Positions 60,364-64,000 of a DNA stretch of 64,000 bases are shown in pieces. Every line of letters begins with the position of its first letter. The first letter of the stretch is position 1. The notes beneath the pieces were generated by a model. That model saw only the letters and a list, made by a program, of their open reading frames with translations. It made no database searches and was not told the origin of the DNA. A program made the translations under genes and the position numbers. This DNA comes from Polyangiales bacterium (lineage in GTDB: Bacteria > Myxococcota_A > Polyangia > Polyangiales > JADJQN01): contig CAXNJO010000006.1 of assembly GCA_964202905.1 (NCBI GenBank), positions 1 through 64,000 of the forward strand, read 5' to 3'.

Positions 60364-61257
60364 TCAAGGCCGCTGCGCGCCCTGCGCAGGCGGGATGCCC
60401 GACACCGCCGGGGCCGGTGGTGGGGGCGCGGCGGGCGCCGGGGCGGGGGCGCGCGGCTCGGCGTCCCGCGGGGGCGGGGGAGGGCGCCGCTCGTAGCCGG
60501 GGGGCGGCTCGAGCGCGTCGTCGCCCGCGTCGTCGTCACCGTCGTCCGCAGGGCGCGCATCGGCCCCACCGAACATGAACGCGATACCACCCTGGTAGAT
60601 GGTTTGGTCGCCGATGGCGCCGTTCGTCACGTTCGCGTAGGCGTTGATCTCGGGCGCGATCCAGAAGGAGCGCCCGATGCGGATGGGCACGCTCACGTAG
60701 GCGCCGACGAGCAGGCCGTCGATGAGGAGCAGGTCGTCGCGCACCACGTCGCCGCTCCGGAACTGGTAGCCGAACATGAGCTTCGGTCCGAAGGAGAGCG
60801 TCACGCGGTCGCTCACGTTCCAGCCGAGCAGCAGCGGCAGGTGCGCGTAGAACGCGTTGAACTGCGTGCCCATCTGGTCGTCGAAGGACGCGTAGGACAC
60901 GGCCGGCGCGATGGCGAGGTCGAGCGGGCCGCGCACCATCCACCACTTGAGGCTCGCCTCGATGCCGAGCGCGTAGAGCTTCACGCCGACGTCCACGCGC
61001 TCGCTGAGTCCGTAGCGCGCCGAGAGCTCGAACTGCGCCGAGCGCGGGCCCGCGCCGCCCTCGTCGCTGAGCGCGCCCGCGCCCCCGGCGAGCGCCCCGA
61101 AGCGCAGCTCGCCCTCGGGCACCGTGCGCGGGGTCTGGAGCGTGCTGAAGGACGGGCAGCCCCCGCAGACGGCGGCGAGGCCGACCACGAGGAGCAGCCA
61201 CGGCCCCCGGACGGCGGACGCTGACCTCATCGGGGCCGCGCTTAGCACGTTCGACAC
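60364..61257 (-). CDS. Hypothetical lipoprotein with beta-barrel-like strands
   Basis: CGGCPSFSTLQTPRTVPEG; ARYGLSERVDVGVKL; acidic/Pro-rich tail; start may be ATG 61230. Confidence 0.7.
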   Translation of the reverse strand: MSNVLSAAPMRSASAVRGPWLLLVVGLAAVCGGCPSFSTLQTPRTVPEGELRFGALAGGAGALSDEGGAGPRSAQFELSARYGLSERVDVGVKLYALGIEASLKWWMVRGPLDLAIAPAVSYASFDDQMGTQFNAFYAHLPLLLGWNVSDRVTLSFGPKLMFGYQFRSGDVVRDDLLLIDGLLVGAYVSVPIRIGRSFWIAPEINAYANVTNGAIGDQTIYQGGIAFMFGGADARPADDGDDDAGDDALEPPPGYERRPPPPPRDAEPRAPAPAPAAPPPPAPAVSGIPPAQGAQRP

Positions 61258-61340
61258 GGTGCGTCAGGACTTGCAGGCACCGGGGCCTGCGTCTACATGG
61301 CGCAGCGGCGCGCCGTCTCGCGCGCCACGAGGAGGCCCCG

Positions 61341-61670
61341 ATGAACGACGGCGACAAGATCACACGGCGCGAGATGCTCGGACGCAGCCTGCTCCTCGGA
61401 GCAGTGGCGACCGTCGGCACGAACCTCTTCCTGAGCGGCTGCGGCGCGCCGGCGCTCGACTGCTCGTCGACCGCGGGCCTCTCGCCCGAGGACACGGCGA
61501 CCCGCACCAACAACAACTACGTCGACCGCTCCATGGACGCCGCGAAGAAGTGCAGCACCTGCAACTTCTACCAGGCGCGCGGGGAGAACGCGTGCGGCGG
61601 GTGCACCGTCGTCAAGGGCTCCATCAACCCCGGCGGCAACTGCAACCTCTGGGTCGCCAAGCAGGGCTGA
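61341..61670 (+). CDS. High-potential iron-sulfur protein (HiPIP) with Tat/lipoprotein signal
   Basis: GAGGAGG RBS; TRREML, LSGC; YVDRS...CSTCNFY...CTVVKGSINPGGNCNLW. Confidence 0.88.
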   Translation: MNDGDKITRREMLGRSLLLGAVATVGTNLFLSGCGAPALDCSSTAGLSPEDTATRTNNNYVDRSMDAAKKCSTCNFYQARGENACGGCTVVKGSINPGGNCNLWVAKQG

Positions 61671-61803
61671 GCGCCCCGCGGTGCGGCGTTTCGGTGCCGC
61701 GCGACCGCGATGTCGAGCTGCGCCCGTCGGCCCGTGCCGGCGGGCGTCGTCGTTCGGGCGCCCCGCAAGGACGACCGCCGTGGGAGGTCGCGGGGCGAGG
61801 GCG

Positions 61804-62973
61804 TCAGCGACCGAGGAGCGGTGCGAGCGCCGCGAGCGCGTCGTCGAGCTCCCGCGGGGGGACGGCCGTGAAACAGAGCCGCACGTGCCGGGGGAAGTCG
61901 CGCCCGCACGCCGTGCCGGGGGTGAGCCACACGCCCGCGTCGAGAGCGCGCTCGAGGAAGGGGGCGCAGCCGTCCTCGCCCGGGCGGAGCGCGCGCGCGA
62001 CGTCGAGGAAGAGGAACGTCCCGCCCTCGGGCCGCGGCACGCCGAGCGCGTCTGCCGCGCGCGCCCCGGCTTCGCGGTACGCGCGGCGTGCCTGCGCGAC
62101 CCAGCCGCCCGCCTCGCGCAGGCCGCGGGCGGCGCCGAGCTGCAGCGGCCGCGGCGCGCAGTACGAGTGGAAGGTCTGCACCGCGCGCACCGCGCGCATC
62201 GCCTCGGGGGGCCCGTGCACGAAGCCGACACGCGCCCCCGCGAAGGCGTAGCCCTTCGAGAGCGTGTGCACCGCGACGGCGCGCGCGCGCAGCGCAGGCA
62301 GCGCCCAGGCGGACACGGGCGGCGTGTCGCCGGACCACAACTCCTCGTAGGCCTCGTCGCAGAGGACCCAGAGATCGTGGCGCGCGGCGACCCGCGCGAA
62401 CGCGGCGAGCGCCGCGGGCGGGAGCACGCGTCCGGTCGGGTTGTTCGGCGTGTTGAGGTAGACGGCCGCGGTCCGCGGCGTGACGGCGCGCTCGAGGGCG
62501 GCCTCGACGTCGAAGCCCGGCGCGTCGAGCCGCGTGAAGAGCGGCACCTGCACCGGCACGGCCCCCCGCGACGCGACGATGCCGCGTGCGAGCGGCCAGA
62601 ACGGGGAGGGCAGCAGCACCTCGTCGCCCGGATCGAGCAGCGCCTGCACGACGACGGAGAGCCCCGCCGTGCCGCCGCACGTCACCTGCACCTGCTCGAC
62701 GTCGACCTCGACGCCGCCGCGCCGCGCGAGGTGCGCGGTGATCGCCGCGAGCAGCGCGGGCTCGCCCTGCACGGGGGCGTAGCCGTGCAGGCGCGGGTGT
62801 TCGGCGGTGCGGGCGGCCTCGGCGCGCATCACCGCGGGCGGCTCGAGCCAGGTGTCGCCGACCTGCAGCGCGTGCACGCGACCACCCCGGGCGCGGGCGC
62901 GGGTTGCGAGGGCCCCGAACACGCGGTCGGAGAGGCCCTCGGCGGTGGGTGTGGTCGCGGGGAAGCGCGGCAT
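61804..62973 (-). CDS. PLP-dependent aminotransferase class I/II
   Basis: NTPNNPTG, DEAYE, TLSKGYAFAGARVG, VRLCF; start ATG 62973. Confidence 0.92.
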   Translation of the reverse strand: MPRFPATTPTAEGLSDRVFGALATRARARGGRVHALQVGDTWLEPPAVMRAEAARTAEHPRLHGYAPVQGEPALLAAITAHLARRGGVEVDVEQVQVTCGGTAGLSVVVQALLDPGDEVLLPSPFWPLARGIVASRGAVPVQVPLFTRLDAPGFDVEAALERAVTPRTAAVYLNTPNNPTGRVLPPAALAAFARVAARHDLWVLCDEAYEELWSGDTPPVSAWALPALRARAVAVHTLSKGYAFAGARVGFVHGPPEAMRAVRAVQTFHSYCAPRPLQLGAARGLREAGGWVAQARRAYREAGARAADALGVPRPEGGTFLFLDVARALRPGEDGCAPFLERALDAGVWLTPGTACGRDFPRHVRLCFTAVPPRELDDALAALAPLLGR

Positions 62974-63045
62974 CGCGGCTCCGGGGGTAGCGCGAAACGC
63001 GGCGGGATGACAGGGCGCGCGCCCGGCCTGTACGCTCCCCGGCCC

Positions 63046-64000
63046 ATGACCGACCGCACCCCGTCCGCCCCTCCTTCGCGCTCTCCCCTGCGTCCGCTCC
63101 GCGGCCGCGTCACCCGCGCGGCGCTCGCCTGCGCGGCGCTCCTCGCTTCCGCGGGCTGCGGGTCGAAGGAGGAGGCCGCGCCGCCGCCGCCGCAGGACAT
63201 CGTCGGGCTCCTCGAGCTGCCGGTCGCGCACCGCGGCTCGCCCGCGGCGCCGAGCGACGCGGCCCGCGTGGAGATCGGCACGGGCGAGCTGCGCCTCGAC
63301 GGACGCACGGTGACGACGCTGACGAACGGCGCGCTCGCGCCCGGAGACCTGAGCGCGGGCGCGGTGCCCAAGCTGCGCGCCGCGATCGCGGGCGGGCGGG
63401 GCACCGCGCTGCTGCACGTGCACTCCGCGACGCCGTGGGCCACGACCGTCGCCGTGCTCGAGACGCTGCGCGCCGGCGGCGTGCGGAACGCCGTCTTCGC
63501 CGTGCGTCGCGTCGCCCCCGCGCCGACGAAGGGCGCACCGCCGCCGAGCCCGACGCTCGCGGTCTCCTACCTCGAGCTGCGCGACTTCCAGGTCGTCGCC
63601 GAGGCGGACGGCGACGCGCAAGCTCCGTGTGTCGCCGCTGCCGTGGTCGGAGATCGGTGCGCGCTGGGACGCCGTGAAGGACGCGTGCGCGCAGTCGCCC
63701 CAGGGGGACTGCATGTGGAAGCCGGAGACCATCGCGGAGGGTGGCAACGCGCAGATCACGCTGCGCTCCCGCGGCGACGGATTGAAGGTGGAGTTCGCGC
63801 AGGTCGGCGCGCCCGTGGCCCCCGCGGCGCCCACCGCGCCCGCGATGATCGAGGGCGTGCCGCCGCCGCCGCCCGCAGCGGGCGCGGAGGTGCCGACGCC
63901 GCCAGCGACGGAGGCGTCGTTCACGCTGCGCTCGGGCACGACCACCGAGCCCGCCTCGCCGGTGAGCGCGATGATGGCGAACGTGTGCGGCTCGCGCGCG
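63046..64000 (+). CDS. Hypothetical lipoprotein (partial, frameshift near 63630)
   Basis: Not in ORF track. MTDRTPS...AALLASAGCGSKEEA...; continues in a second frame as WSEIGARWDAVKDAC...LKVEFAQV to the window end. Confidence 0.7.
   Translation, partial: MTDRTPSAPPSRSPLRPLRGRVTRAALACAALLASAGCGSKEEAAPPPPQDIVGLLELPVAHRGSPAAPSDAARVEIGTGELRLDGRTVTTLTNGALAPGDLSAGAVPKLRAAIAGGRGTALLHVHSATPWATTVAVLETLRAGGVRNAVFAVRRVAPAPTKGAPPPSPTLAVSYLELRDFQVVAEADGDAQAPCVAAAVVGDRCALGRREGRVRAVAPGGLHVEAGDHRGGWQRADHAALPRRRIEGGVRAGRRARGPRGAHRARDDRGRAAAAARSGRGGADAASDGGVVHAALGHDHRARLAGERDDGERVRLAR

Noticed and set aside
60340..60366. Selenocysteine or readthrough at the repeated TGA codons
   Set aside because: No redox-motif context or recognisable SECIS; downstream text is low-complexity and runs into a convergent gene

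Overview
Very GC-rich bacterial window. Its gene content (Ser/Thr kinase-PEGA cassette, many Cys-rich lipoproteins with DAG linkers, RCC1/GLUG surface proteins) suggests Myxococcota, probably Polyangiales/Sandaracinus-like; this is inference. The first ~6 kb is accessory: Uma2 nuclease, IS3 remnant, an intact ISL3 truncating an SPFH gene, a zinc-ribbon/C2-like membrane protein, an XRE-S24 repressor and a higBA pair. The rest is core genes (recR-ybaB-dnaX, dinB, pyrG, ppk1, rph, rdgB, tRNA-Pro, tRNA-Arg, msrA) mixed with envelope modules: an orphan SctV, an LVIVD/Ig plus PKD-propeller-diheme cytochrome c pair, a MoxR/DUF58/DUF4350/DUF4129 cluster, a kinase-PEGA cassette and a HiPIP. Best non-annotated observations: (1) a ~9.7 kb integrase-less block of surface-protein genes splits rph from rdgB and is bounded by a duplicated rph 3' end; (2) TANNNT boxes lie 6-9 nt before at least 12 start codons, implying widespread leaderless mRNAs; (3) the SctV-type export gate gene stands alone. 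About ten genes carry frameshifts, most likely assembly indels. Family calls come from motif recognition by eye; no database searches were run.
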